Positions 50,909-63,649 are shown, counted from the first letter of the stretch. The stretch is 64,000 nucleotides of DNA from Octopus bimaculoides (GCF_001194135.2 NC_068997.1:14239234-14303233); one strand, 5' to 3'. Program-made: numbers and translations. The notes: generated from the sequence alone by a model not told the origin.

Positions 50909-50940
<32 letters not shown>

Positions 50941-51034
50941 CATCACCACCATCGTCATCATCATCATCACCATCACCATCATCATCATTCAGCATTTTCA
51001 TATTTCCTGTTGACATTGTTAGGTTCCGTTTGTT

Positions 51035-51066
<32 letters not shown>

Positions 51067-51384
51067 CCTCCTCCTCCTCCTCCTCATCATCATTGTGATT
51101 ATCTTTATTTGTTTATTGGTATTTAGGAAAGGTGGTAGAATGGTAGAGGCAGTAAAGAATGGCAGAAGTAATTGAGAATGGCAAAAGGAACCGAAGAGAA
51201 TAGGAGAAGAACTAGTAGAGAATGGTAGAAACAATGAAGAATGGCTGAAAAATCATTGAAGAGGAAATGATAGATGCAGTGGAAAATGGCAAAAGATGTA
51301 GCAGAGAATGGAGGAAGGAACAATAGAGAATGGTAGAAGAACAATCAGAGGACAAAAGAAGCAATAGAGAATGGTAGAAAGCAG

Positions 51385-51565
51385 TTAAATCATCATCATC
51401 ATCATCATCATCGTTTAACGTCCGCTTTCCATGCCTAGCATGGGTTGGACGACTTGACTGAGGACTGGTGAAACCGGATGGCAACACCAGGCTCCAATCT
51501 AAATTTGGCAGAGTTTCTACAGCTGGATGCCCTTCCTAACGCCAACCACTCAGAGAGTGTAGTAT
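51385..51565 (-). mobile_element. Family C (RTE tail) repeat, young copy
   Basis: (ATC)n GTTTAACGTCCGCTTTCCATGC...GATGCCCTTCCTAACGCCAACCACTC. Confidence 0.85.
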
Positions 51566-51766
51566 TTAAATGATATTTAAAAAATGCTAAGTTGGGTCTT
51601 GATCCTTCTGCATTCCATATTTTTTTGTTTCAAGTTGATTATAAGTTTAATTTTTAAAATTCCTAGGGTGTCAAGCTGGTAGAATCATTAGCATCCAGAT
51701 AAAATTCTTTGTGACATTTCATTTGCGAGAGGTTGACAAACTTTTTCAACCAGCTGGTCGTGCTAC

Positions 51767-51809
51767 TTCAGGCTGATGACAAGCAAAGACTCAGAAACAT
51801 GTCCCTGAA
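51767..51809 (+). ncRNA. Type I hammerhead ribozyme-like motif (stem II decayed)
   Basis: Stem I TTCAGG(51767-72):CCTGAA(51804-09); intact core CTGATGA(51773-79) and GAAA(51794-97); stem III palindrome ACATGT; cleavage triplet GUC ending 51803; stem II CAAG-CAAAGA-CTCA has only 2 bp now. Confidence 0.65.
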
Positions 51810-52269
51810 TGCAGGCTAGGCTGGGTGGAGGAGTTTGTCTCCCCCTCGCAAACATAAGGACACAGGAAATGTGTCAAGGCCGACAGAAAGCGGTCCAGCT
51901 TCCTAGGGCTAAATAGCAGCAGTATATTCCCTTATTGGGACTGTCATGTTAAGTTGGCAGTGTACGACTACTTTATCACATCACTACTGCTTAAGTCTCT
52001 CTGAGACATTTAGAAATGTATTATTTCTAATATATATATATAGGTCTTGTTAGACACAAGATGTGATCTATTTCTAGCACATTGAATGTCCACGTTAGTG
52101 GTCAACGTCATATATAAATATATATATACACATGACAAGCTCCTTTTCAGTTTCCATCAACCAAATCACCCACAGAGCTTTGGTCAGCTCAGGATCCTAG
52201 TAGAAGCCATTTACTCAACATACTACACCATAAGATTGAACTTGGAACCAAGTAGTTGGAAAGCAAACC

Positions 52270-53030
52270 TTTTACTATACAAATAGGACAGAGGAGAAGA
52301 ATTTAATGGGAGAGAAAAACGGGTCTCAATAAGCCCAACAAAGGGACCAGATATAAAGTTGACAGGTACGTGTTCTATGTGTAATCAAGAATAAAAAAGG
52401 CAAGGAGATTAATCAGGAATCATCCTTGAAATATTCAAATTATCCAGTGAAGTAAGATATATGCTTGTCACTCATAGAGGTAATGATGTAGCAAAGGACA
52501 TGTGTCATACACAATGACTTACAACGGTGTTGTCAATTGATATGAGGGCAAAGGAAATACTAGAGAAAGAAGCATTTACAGAAATATCAATCTGATGGTT
52601 CAGTTATCAAAGTAACAGGAAAAATTATAACACAAATGATTTGGAAGAGAATTAGGTCAAATGAGATACTGCTTGTGTTTGCACCTGGACAAGGTACCAC
52701 CAATACTCTCTTTCTTGTGAGACAACTATCTGGAAAATGTTTTAGCTAAAAGGAAGCCACTAAACTTATTGTCCAATGACCAGAAGAAGGCCTATGGTAA
52801 GTACCACAATTTTTAGTCTTGCTGGTGCTAAGAAATCTAGGAGTCGATGAATAACTTGCAAGCACCATACAAGTTATCGGAAGGGATGCTACCAGTAGAA
52901 AGAAAATATGAGTTTAATCAGCAGTTTAGTGTGTAAGTAGGTGACCATCGAGATTAATTTCTCAGCCATCCTGTTTATTACAGAAGACTCAGCCTCACAA
53001 AGCTAATGACAAAAGAACAGAAATAGCAAC
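52270..53030 (+). mobile_element. Decayed RTE-like LINE reverse-transcriptase fragment
   Basis: YEGKGNTRERSIYRNINL; VFAPGQGTTNTLFLVRQL; AKRKPLNL...DQKKAY; VGDHRD...LS..LFI correspond to YKGKGDxxxxxNYRGIxL, GFxPGRGTTDAIFxVRQL, DxEKAFD and GVHQGSxLSPLLF; many stops and frameshifts. Confidence 0.8.
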
Positions 53031-53205
53031 AGGACAATAATACTGGAGAGGATCAGTCCAAGACTCCATGAAAATATAGGAAAATATGCATACGATGATG
53101 ACTATGATACATATACAACATATACACATATTCATGCACACACACATATATAGAGAGAGAAACAGACAGGTAGACAGCTACACATATCTACACCAATATC
53201 TCTAC

Positions 53206-53236
<31 letters not shown>

Positions 53237-53746
53237 ATACATAATGCATTTACAGATGTGTGGGTTTTGGCCTGCCAGTGGACTTGAAGGCTAAAACAAG
53301 TTAAAAACAAAATGCATGTGCACATACACAGATGTACACACACATCCACATACAAACTTCATATGCATAAACACAAACACCTACACAGATTTCTTTCTGT
53401 TGTACTTAACAATTTTTCTCACATTCTGTTGTTTACATTGTCTACCAAGGGAAATATAGGTCTTTGAGGAAAGAAATGTTTTGGACAGACTATTTCAGGG
53501 ATGTTGTTAATAATCAATTAATGGGAATAATATAGATTCTTTTAATTACACTTATACACACGACACAAACACACACATGTATGTATGTATGTATGTATGT
53601 ATGTATATACATATATATATATATATGTATGTATGATGTATGTTTATACATATATTATGTAGAGTAGAATGGTAAAATGTTGGAAGCTGTGACAAGATGC
53701 CTTTCAGGAAATGTATGTATATACATAGACATACTTATACACACAC

Positions 53747-53793
<47 letters not shown>

Positions 53794-53803
53794 NNNNNNN
53801 NNN

Positions 53804-53847
<44 letters not shown>

Positions 53848-54540
53848 ATAGATAAATAAATCACGTGAACACATTCACAAAAATTCACATTGTTCTATAA
53901 CATATTTTCGTACGAAAATGTTTATGTTGATGAAGCTAGATAGATATACGTAGACACGCACACACACGTGCATACACACGCGCATGCACATGCAAACATC
54001 CTCTCGCACACTCGTGTATATTTCGCACTCATTTGTGTGTGTATATATGTATGTATTACATGTCCATGCTGATGTAGATCTGTGAATACATACACACACA
54101 CACACACCTGCACTTTTATATAAAACAATTGTATTTTTGTGAACGTAAGTATAGTTATGTTCAGATACGAAATCTATTTAAATATGGGGACGTATTTGTA
54201 TATGTATGTCACATACATTGGAACTTGTTAAACCAAACATACAAAGACACACGTCATTAATATCTATATATGACCTAACATACATATATGTGTGTGTGTG
54301 GCTAATATAGACACACCATAGACAAACTTACACACACATATATACATACATATATATATACACATACATTTATATATATATATATATATACATATACACA
54401 CATTTATNNNNNNNNNNNNNNNNNNNNNNNNNNNNNNNNNNNNNNNNNNNNNNNNNNNNNNNNNNNNNNNNNNNNNNNNNNNNNNNNNNNNNNNNNNNNN
54501 NNNNNNNNNNNNNNNNNNNNNNNNNNNNNNNNNNNNNNNN

Positions 54541-54583
<43 letters not shown>

Positions 54584-55122
54584 CAAGCATATATGTACAT
54601 ACATGTATACATACATGTATACATACATATATATATATTCATATACATACATATATACAAATACATACATATATATATATTCATATACATACATATATAT
54701 TCATATACATACATATATATATATTCATATACATACATATATATATATTCATATACATACATATATATAGATAGATAGATGCTTGCATTGTTCTATAATA
54801 ATAGATTCTGTTGGTAGATTAAAATAATGCTGTTACTTAGTATCTCTTATAGATTGGATATATTCAAAAAGAAAAGAATAGAAATGACACTTGATGATGC
54901 TGACATTGTTGTTATTGTTATTGATGATGATGATGATATTTTCTTTATTTCGACTCAAGGGCAACAAAGAGAAATAACACCAAACAATGCATACAATGCA
55001 TAATGTTTGTTTTTTATTTTTCTGTTACAATACGACGACACATTTGTTGATGTCTATATGTATGGGTACACATAAATTTTATGTTGAAGTGATTAAACTC
55101 AAAGCCCATCCCTTCCACATAC

Positions 55123-55179
55123 CTTGCTGTTTTGTCCCCTTCACAAACCTACCCCATCCCAACTTCATGTCCTCTTCTT
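55123..55179 (-). other. Candidate 57-nt symmetric exon (xEEDMKLGWGRFVKGTKQQx)
   Basis: Acceptor GGTTTCTTTTCTGTCAG| at 55180 and donor CAAG|GTATGT at 55122; only the phase-1 frame is open; length is a multiple of 3. Confidence 0.3.
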
Positions 55180-55768
55180 CTGACAGAAAAGAAACCATAT
55201 TTACCAAATGATAGAAAAGATAATATATTTATATATAAATATTAAAAGAAGTGTATATATCTATGGCAGCGTGTGTTTATTAGTACATATGTCATTATGT
55301 ATATGCAGGAATCTCATAATAGACAGTTGTATGCAAACATAACATCGATACACATTGACACAAGCACACATACTCACACATTCACATGCATGCACACACA
55401 CATCACATATGCTTATATATGCTTTTACTAGTCTCTGTTGTTGGCTAGTAACCACACTTAGGGCTCCTTTGAACAAATCAATTTTACTAATTAAATCTGG
55501 TATCTTATGGGTTACTTTTGCCAAATTAAGTTACTGAGATGTAAACAAACCAACACTGGTTGTCAAGTAATGGAGGAGGGGCGACCACTAAGACATGCAT
55601 TGTTTCATGCAAATTATCATTGCTACCATTGGTTTCATGCCAAGAATTCTCAACCAATGCTAGCCTCTTTAACCAACAAATAAAGAATACATGTCCCCCA
55701 ATGCAGCATTGAGCACTCATTCTCACTGTTCGAAATGATTGCATACATACATACGTGTATGTATAGAT

Positions 55769-56096
55769 TTATTCTTTGTAATCCTAGTATTTATTCTATC
55801 GGTCTCTTTTCCTGAACCGCTAAGTTATGGGTATATAAACGCACCAACATCGGTTGTCAAGCAATGGTGAGGGAACTAACACAGGCAAACACATATACAC
55901 ACACACACACAAATTCATACATACATTCATACACAGTGGGCTTCTTTCAGTTTCCGTCTACCAAACCCACTCACAAGGATTTGGTCGGTCTGAGGCTATA
56001 GTAGAAGACACTTGCCCAAGATGCCACACAGTGTGACTGAACCCAGAACCATGTGGTTGGTAAGCAAGCTACTACTGCATAGCCATGCCTATGCCT
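55769..56096 (-). mobile_element. SINE family B including head
   Basis: Ends in GGACTGAACCC-like/TGACTGAACCCAGAACCATGTGGTTGGTAAGCAAGCTAC...AGCCATGCCT (reverse complement of the tRNA-like head). Confidence 0.8.
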
Positions 56097-56889
56097 ATAT
56101 ATATATGTATATGTATATATACACAAATTATTACAAATATACATCCATATACAAATATAGAACTACACACACACATGCACACACATACACACGCAAATAG
56201 GCAGATAGGAGATACAAAATATTTTACTATAAGTTTCTATATAAGTAGATATAGTGTAGACGTTATATCATAAAGGAAAGTGGAACTAACATAGTAATTT
56301 TTCTCTCTTTATTTGCATAATAAAAAAAAAACAAATAATTTAATAACAATGTCTATAATGATGACATTAGTAATGACAATGATAATAGTAATGATGAGGA
56401 TGACAGCAATGATGACAAGAATGATAATGATGATGATGGTGATGAAGGCTTTCTTTTGACTATGTTGAACATGATTATGAATACACCAAACATCCTAATA
56501 ATTATATTATTAGCAGCATTGTTCCGTCATGATGGCTTTCGTAGCTAACGATGCTCAGAAGAGAGGCAACGTGAGAAGGTCAATGACCATCACAGAAATA
56601 CTGAGGAGGGATTTTCTATGAAACTACCTTCTTATCTTTTACATGTTTCATCACTGGACTGTGTCAAGCAGGGCGGTTTTTAGATTTATAGTTAAATTAA
56701 ACAATCCCAGCACTTTAATCTTTTTATAAATCCAGTAGTAATTCCCTTGGTGTCTTTTGATGAACAACTAAGTTACAGGGATGTAAGCAAACCAATTCCT
56801 ATTCTCAAGTGGTGAAGGTGGTAACAGACACAAAAACACATTCACACATGTTTATAGAAAAATACCCCAGAACTCTCTGGAAAATGATT

Positions 56890-57100
56890 GGCATTTATAT
56901 GTGGATCGTTGGCGATTTTTTCCTCCGTCTTCCTTTTCTTTTGGACTTTCCTCTGTCTCTTGTTTCTGATGAAGAGTTTTGCTCAAAATATAAAAAACTA
57001 CTTTTCTTTCCTTCCCTGAGTGTCTGCTAATACTTTACATGTACCACGTCCTCGTGCTGCTGTTTTATTTTATTGTGCTTGCTTTTTGTTTTTACCATAT
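56890..57100 (+). mobile_element. Second short hammerhead-motif-bearing repeat (relative of 22165-22363)
   Basis: TGTTT-CTGATGA-A-GAGT-TTT-GCTC-AAAA-TAT-A-AAAAA at 56961-56997; downstream CCCTGAGTGTCTGCTAATAC...GTCCTCGTGCTG...CCA(TA)n parallels the 22 kb copy. Confidence 0.5.
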
Positions 57101-57104
57101 ATAT

Positions 57105-57640
57105 ATGATCTGGTAGAGTTTCTACAGCTGGATGCCCTTCCTAACGCAAACCACTCCAAGAGTGTAGTGGGTGCTTTTTACATGCCACCGCTGCTCTGGC
57201 AGTGATCCCACTCAGATGTTGCTGTTAGCGCTCCACTGGCATGGGCGCCAGTCATCGAATTTGGTTCAGTTTCGATCTCACTTGCCCCAACAGGTCTTTG
57301 CAAGCTGAATTTAGTGTCCAATGAAGGAAGGTTGGCATGGGTGCTAGTCAACGAATTTGATTCAATTTTCGATTTTGATTTCACTTGCCTCAACAGGTCT
57401 TCGTAAGCAAGGTTTTGTGTCCAAAGAAGGAAAGGTACACATAAGTAGGCTGGCTACACCCCTGGTAAAGGCCACATGTTATGGTGTCACTTGTCTTGCT
57501 GAGTCTTCTCATGCACAGCATATTTCCAAAGGTCTCAGTCACAAGTCATTGCCTCAGTGAGGCCCAATATTCAAAGGTTGTGCTTCACCACCTCATCGCA
57601 GGTCTTCCTGCGTCTACCTATTCCACATGTACCCTCAACC
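57105..57640 (-). mobile_element. 5'-truncated RTE-like LINE: ORF2 C-terminus plus 3' UTR
   Basis: Minus translation AVEGTCGIGRRRKTCDEVVKHNL*ILGLTEAMTCD*DLWKYAVHEKTQQDK* (stop 57489-57487; cf. GRGRPRKTW...DRxxW), followed by a UTR with a 96-nt tandem duplication and the family C tail. Confidence 0.8.
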
Positions 57641-57644
57641 GCAC

Positions 57645-57830
57645 AAGGCCTGGAGATTTCGGGGAGGAGACTAGATAATTACATCGACCTCAGAATTTCA
57701 CTGGTACCTAATTTATCGACCCTGAAAGGATGAAAGACAAAGTCAACCTCGGCAGAGTCTGAACTCAGAACATAAGGATGGACGAAATACCATTAAGCAT
57801 TACATCCAGTGTGCTAATAATTCTGCCAGC
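57645..57830 (-). mobile_element. SINE family A-like copy
   Basis: GGTACCTAATTTATCGACCCTGAAAGGATGAAAGACAAAGTCAACCTCGGCAGAGTCTGAACTCAGAAC...TTCTGCCAGCT. Confidence 0.7.
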
Positions 57831-58210
57831 TGTCTGTCTATCTGTATCTCTGTTTGCTTGCCTGTCTGAATAAGAATAATAATAATAATAATTGTAATGG
57901 TTCCGTCGAAATGAATATAATACAGATGCAGACAAATACACAACTAAACCCCTGGGACTTAGATATACACTCAACACTGAGAAAATAATCACTACAAGGC
58001 ACTGCACACAGATATTAGGTGGAACACTGCTAAAAGGGTAGAAAACAGAAACATGAAACAAAATACAGTTCGTAGTCAAGACACATAGAGCTGTGCTGGG
58101 TCGTATTGAAGAAAACATGCAATAAAAACAAGACTAAGGAAATAAGAAGAACGATCTCAGTAATAATAATAATAATGATGATGATAATAATAGTAACAGC
58201 AACAACAGCA

Positions 58211-58249
<39 letters not shown>

Positions 58250-58259
58250 NNNNNNNNNN

Positions 58260-58299
<40 letters not shown>

Positions 58300-58498
58300 T
58301 TTGATGATATTGTTACTAATGTTGTAAAGCTTGCTGTTGATGTTGTTGGTGTTGTTGTTGTTGTTGTTGTTGCTGTAGTTTTTCAAAAGATGTAATTATA
58401 TTATGGTGCATGTTATAAGCCAAGTATCTAAATTATAGATTAGCTCACTAAGGAGGGAACAGATTAGGGGCCTGCTTGATTAACATGTAACTCTTTTA

Positions 58499-58540
58499 AT
58501 GATGGATGAAATACATCTGCTGCTTTCTCCACCGAAACAG
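58499..58540 (+). other. Candidate exon end with consensus splice donor (possible MMDEIHLLLSPPKQ)
   Basis: CAG|GTGAGT at 58540/58541; ATG at 58499 is in frame (14 codons); G-runs immediately downstream. Confidence 0.25.
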
Positions 58541-58848
58541 GTGAGTAGAAGTGTATGGCAGATGTGGTGTGGGAGGAGTGCGGTGGGGGAGTGGGGCGTT
58601 GTGTGTGTGTGTGGGGGGTAACGTAGGGGAGGTGGTAGGGGAGCAAAGTTTGTCGTTAGATAATCGCGCCATAATTAATAATGAATAATGCTAATCAGGA
58701 CTAGGGAGTTGTAATCTTATCGCAAATACTGGCCATGCAATTTGACATTCTAATATTGTGCAAGAGAGGGTTAATTACATCTTAATTTTAATTATAATAT
58801 TGCCTAACACAAACACTGTATATATGTGCATATACATACATATGTATG

Positions 58849-58884
<36 letters not shown>

Positions 58885-59167
58885 TGCATACTCACACATA
58901 TATAATGTATATATGTGTGTATGTGTCTCTATATATCTATATTATATATACACACATATATATGCACACACCTATATACAATGTATATACAAATATAAAT
59001 ACATATATATACATATATATAAAGTGTGTGTGAATATATATTTTCGATATTCATATGTAGTGTTACTACATTACCCTGTTTCTTTTTTGTTTTTTTTACA
59101 TGCAGGTAAGAAGCTTAGCTGTAGAAATAACTGATCCAACATCGAGCAAATGTGGAAACCTCTAGAT

Positions 59168-59285
59168 CAGTGGTTCCCGACCAGGGTCCTTATGGCTACT
59201 TTAGGGTCCTTATAAGATTTTGCTGTTAAAATTAATGTGCAATAAATCAGTTGTACTTCACCAATACACAAAATTTATTATTATT
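59168..59285 (+). mobile_element. Left end of a hAT (Charlie-like) MITE, truncated
   Basis: TCTAGAT|CAGTGGTTCCCGACCAGGGTCC; interior resembles 39124-39260. Confidence 0.55.
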
Positions 59286-59294
59286 TTCTGTTAT

Positions 59295-59724
59295 TCTTTT
59301 ACTTGTTTCACTCATTTGACTGTGGCCATGCCGGAGCACTGCCTTTAATCGAGCAAATCGACCCCGGGACTTATTCTTTGTGAGCCTACTACTTATTCTA
59401 TCGGTCTCNNNNNNNNNNGAGCCTACTACTTATTCTATCGGTCTCTTTTGCCGAACCACTAAGTTACTGGGACGTAAACACACCAGCATCGGTTATCAAG
59501 TGATGTTGGGGGAGGGGACAAACACAGACACACAAACACACACATACGCATATATATATATATATATACATATATACGACAGGATTCTTTCAGTTTCCAT
59601 GTACCAAATCCACTCACAAGGCTTTGGTCGGCCCGAGGCTATAGTAGAAGACACTTGCCCAAGGTTCAACGCAGTGGGACTGAACCCGGAACCATGTGGT
59701 TCGTAAGCAAACTACTTACCACAC
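59295..59724 (-). mobile_element. Near full-length SINE family B
   Basis: Tail through head present (ACTTGTTTCACTCATTTGACTG ... GGGACTGAACCCGGAACCATGTGGTTCGTAAGCAAACTACTTACCACAC); contains a 10-N gap. Confidence 0.85.
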
Positions 59725-59764
59725 CGATTTTTTTTTTATACGATTCCTAATAATATCTAATTCA

Positions 59765-60000
59765 TCTTCATCATCATCATCATTTAGTCCATTGTCCACA
59801 GTGGGATGGTTTGGATGGTTTGAACAAGGTTGGTAAGCTGAGGGGTTACAATAAACTCCAGTCTGATTAGGCATGGTGTCTACAGCTGGATGTCCTTCCT
59901 TACACCAACCACTCTGAAAGTGCAATGGGTACTTTTATGTGCCACCAGCACAGGTGCCAGTTGCATGACACCAGTATCTGCCACGACTACAATTTCACTT
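59765..60000 (-). mobile_element. Degenerate family C (RTE tail) repeat
   Basis: TACAGCTGGATGTCCTTCCTTACACCAACCACTC...TTTTATGTGCCACCAGCACAGG. Confidence 0.65.
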
Positions 60001-61716
60001 GGTTTGATGGATCTTCTTAAGGATTTTGGCCTTGAGATGACAAACAAGCATGTAGGCTCCATTTACCATATTTGCTTACAAAAAATTGTTCAGCCTGAGG
60101 GTATAGTAGAAGACACTTGTCCAAGGCGCCATGCAGTGGGACTGAACCCACAACCCTATGGTTACAAAGTGACCTCCTTAACTACATTTAGGGATAAATT
60201 TGTTATTCACAAACATAATTAATAAAACAAGGTATGTAATAGCATTTTCTTTATTTTTCCTAAATCCCTTTTTTTTTTTATTTTAAAACATTGTTGTTTT
60301 CTAATTTTCAAGATGAAGTGCAGCACTAATTTTTCTTTTTTTTTTTTTTTTATTGTAGTTCATCTCCACTGAGATACAAAATCAAAAAAGACTGAAAGCC
60401 ACTGGGTTAACAAATTGATTCTGTTTACCCCACTAAAACTAATTCACCTAATTGATAATTACAGCTAAGCAGAATTGACTAAACCATTGATGGAAATTAG
60501 AGGACAGAAAGGAAAAAAAAAAAAAACTAACATATATTTTTCCTCCTCCTCTGCTGCCGCCACCACCACCACCACCATTATTATTATTATTATTATCATT
60601 ATTATTTACTGAAATCCTAGTTAACCTTTCTCTGAAATAAACATCATTTTATTCTGTATTTTATGCTGTTTTGTATTATTTGCTTCGTATATTTTATCTT
60701 GCATGTTATTTCCTATTTTTAAGCAGTTTTATGTTATTTTGCTTTGCTTACTTCGTTACTGTATTTTGTATTATACATCATTTTCATTTGGAAATGTTCT
60801 GAAAGAAAGACAGTTAGGTTAAGAACATAGAACATAGTCTGATTATCTCACTTTAAATGCCACAATAGTTTATGTCCAACAGTTTACCTTTCATGTTTTG
60901 TCTTTAATATCCATTAATTAACACTACATAATTTTATATATTGCTTGTATACATATGTTTGTACCAACGAATTGCAGACAGTTAATTAAAAATCAATCAA
61001 TCTACCTACCTCCCTACCTACTTATTTATCTATCTGTTTATGTATCTAGCCATTTTTCTCTCTATCCATCTTTCCAACTATCTAATCATTTACTTAATCT
61101 CTCTATCTATCTATCTATTTGCCAATGTATCTAGCCATTTATTCATATAATCTCCCTCTTTTCATCTGTTTCTGTATCCAAATAACTATCTAGCTCTCTT
61201 CTTGTCTTTCACCCCCTTTCTCTCTCTTTTTCTCTCCCCACTCTCTCTCACTTTCCATTTATTTTTTTATCTATCTTTCTCCATGTATCAATGTTTCCAT
61301 ATTTCATTCCAGTCATTTATATGTTTTGTTTTGTTTTCTTCCAGAGCCTGTTCATAAACATAAAAAAAAAGACAAAAAAAACAACAACACTAATAGAAAT
61401 GGAGGTCAGAGCTTCATCACATCAAGTCCTACCACATTTCAGAAAAATTAATTCAGGCTGTTTAGTTTAATCTTTGTCATATTATAGTTTCAAATAAGTG
61501 AATTAAAGAAGATGGTCAAAGTTACAAGAAAATGTTTTACAGGTGAGACATTAATAACTCAATCAAAAGAGGGAGGGCCACACCTATATCTCTCTTTTTG
61601 AGAGCTTCTGAGACTGATAAGATAAACAGAAGAAATCATCCCAAGAAAGAAGACATAATCTTAATGCTTTCAAATAATGTACTCTTATAAAAGTACTCAA
61701 TGGCCAGGTATTGTAC

Positions 61717-61932
61717 TAACCCTTTCATATTCAGATTAATTCTCTCAAATGTCAAGCTTCTTTATTCACGGTTTTGAATTAATCATGCATTATCCCATAG
61801 CTTTGAGGTTTTCATGATGTGATTGCTTATTTTTAGAATGACATTGTAAAATAGGTGTGAGAGGCTGGATCTGGCTGGTTTGACCATAAGACAGGTAGAA
61901 TAATTCGGCTGGATATGGCCAGTTTGAATACC
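61717..61932. mobile_element. Second copy of the TTAACCCT-type MITE
   Basis: TAACCCTTTCATATTCAGATTA...TTTTTAGAATGACATTGTA...CTGGCTGGTTTGACCATAAG matches 12761-12972; right terminus decayed. Confidence 0.55.
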
Positions 61933-63369
61933 AGGTGATGGAACCTGTTCAAGAACATGAATAATTGTCCCAATGCATTTCACACAGTTTTGGTCGACCA
62001 AATTCCACTCACAAGACTTTTATTGCCCAGGCACACCAAATACCTTTCCATTGCCTTCATGAGCCTGGGACCTGATACTAATTTATGTATTGTGTAGTAA
62101 CATCAGCGCAGTGCTTTAACTGGAGGCTTACCACACAGTTACGACAACCCTAGATCAAATTGCTTTACATTGGGTTTGAAACACAAAACACATTGTTACA
62201 AAGTGAACATCATATTCATACACTTATACCTGATTAATGAAATAAGAAGTATTGAATATTTTAATTGATAATATAAAATTCATCTATATTGCTTCATAAA
62301 ATAAGCACCCTATATTTAAATAACTCTTAACAAAAAATTGTATAGGAAATATAAAATAGATCGAAATTGTTTTACAAGTGTATGTATATATGATTGTATA
62401 TATGTATGTGTAAAGTAGTGCAACTTGAATATACACGCTGCAATTTGTACCATCATATGCATTTATATATCAGCAACTTATATTACATACAAACTTTCAA
62501 GCATATATAAATTATATTACATTACATTTATTCACACATCTTACATCAAACACTCAAGAAGTTCCAATTACATGACTGCTTATAATTCACAGGCACAAAC
62601 ACATAAGAACTTAATATATAATTGATACAAACACACATTATCACATGTATGCAAATATATATATATACAGATGCAGAGTACTTCTCTCTAAAGTTCTATA
62701 CCCAACCTCACAAATGTATGAACACACAAAGGCACACACACATGTATATTCAATACTTTGAATTAATATGATAATTGCAAAGATGAAACGCTTCATATTA
62801 TCTTATATTTTGTTTCAAATTTCCTTACAAGTAAATTCATTCAATTTGTAACTTAATGCAATTTGATGTTTTTTGCACAGTAGCAAGAACAGAGGAGCAA
62901 TTTTTAGGCCCATATTAGAAAAAAATTAAAGTAAAAAGAAAAATAGGCAAAAAAAATATACAAAACAATGATAAATATAACTTTTTTCCTAAAATTAAAT
63001 AATATTAAAAAAATGTATTCTTTTGACTTTATTTGATTAATATATTTATATATACATATATTTATTATCATTTACAATCAACATTGTTACCCAAATTATT
63101 ATCTTCGAAAATAAAAATTATTATTACAATTATTATTATTATTATTATTACTGTTGTTGTTATTATTATTGTTATTATTATTATCATCATCATTAAATTA
63201 TCATCACTATTACCACCATCGTGATCGTCTTCATCATTGTGAATTTCTTTTCATCAAATTCCTTATCATAATTTATTAATATTTATCATCATCATCATCA
63301 TCATCACTGATATTTCCATTGTATTGTTACCCTTATTGCATTATGTCGTTATCATACTTGTTACTATTG

Positions 63370-63443
<74 letters not shown>

Positions 63444-63610
63444 ATACTTACATATTATATGTAATATAAACACATAATCATAAATATATTTGGGTAAATT
63501 ACATATATACATATAATTATTTATTTGTGGAAATTACATACATATATATATATGTACACACACATATATATATATGTATACATGTATGTATAAAATTTAA
63601 TTTTTATTCA

Positions 63611-63649
<39 letters not shown>

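Noticed and set aside
55590-55740. Possible mariner catalytic-domain scrap within a SINE
   Set aside because: Only vague similarity to the HHDNA region; too degraded to call.
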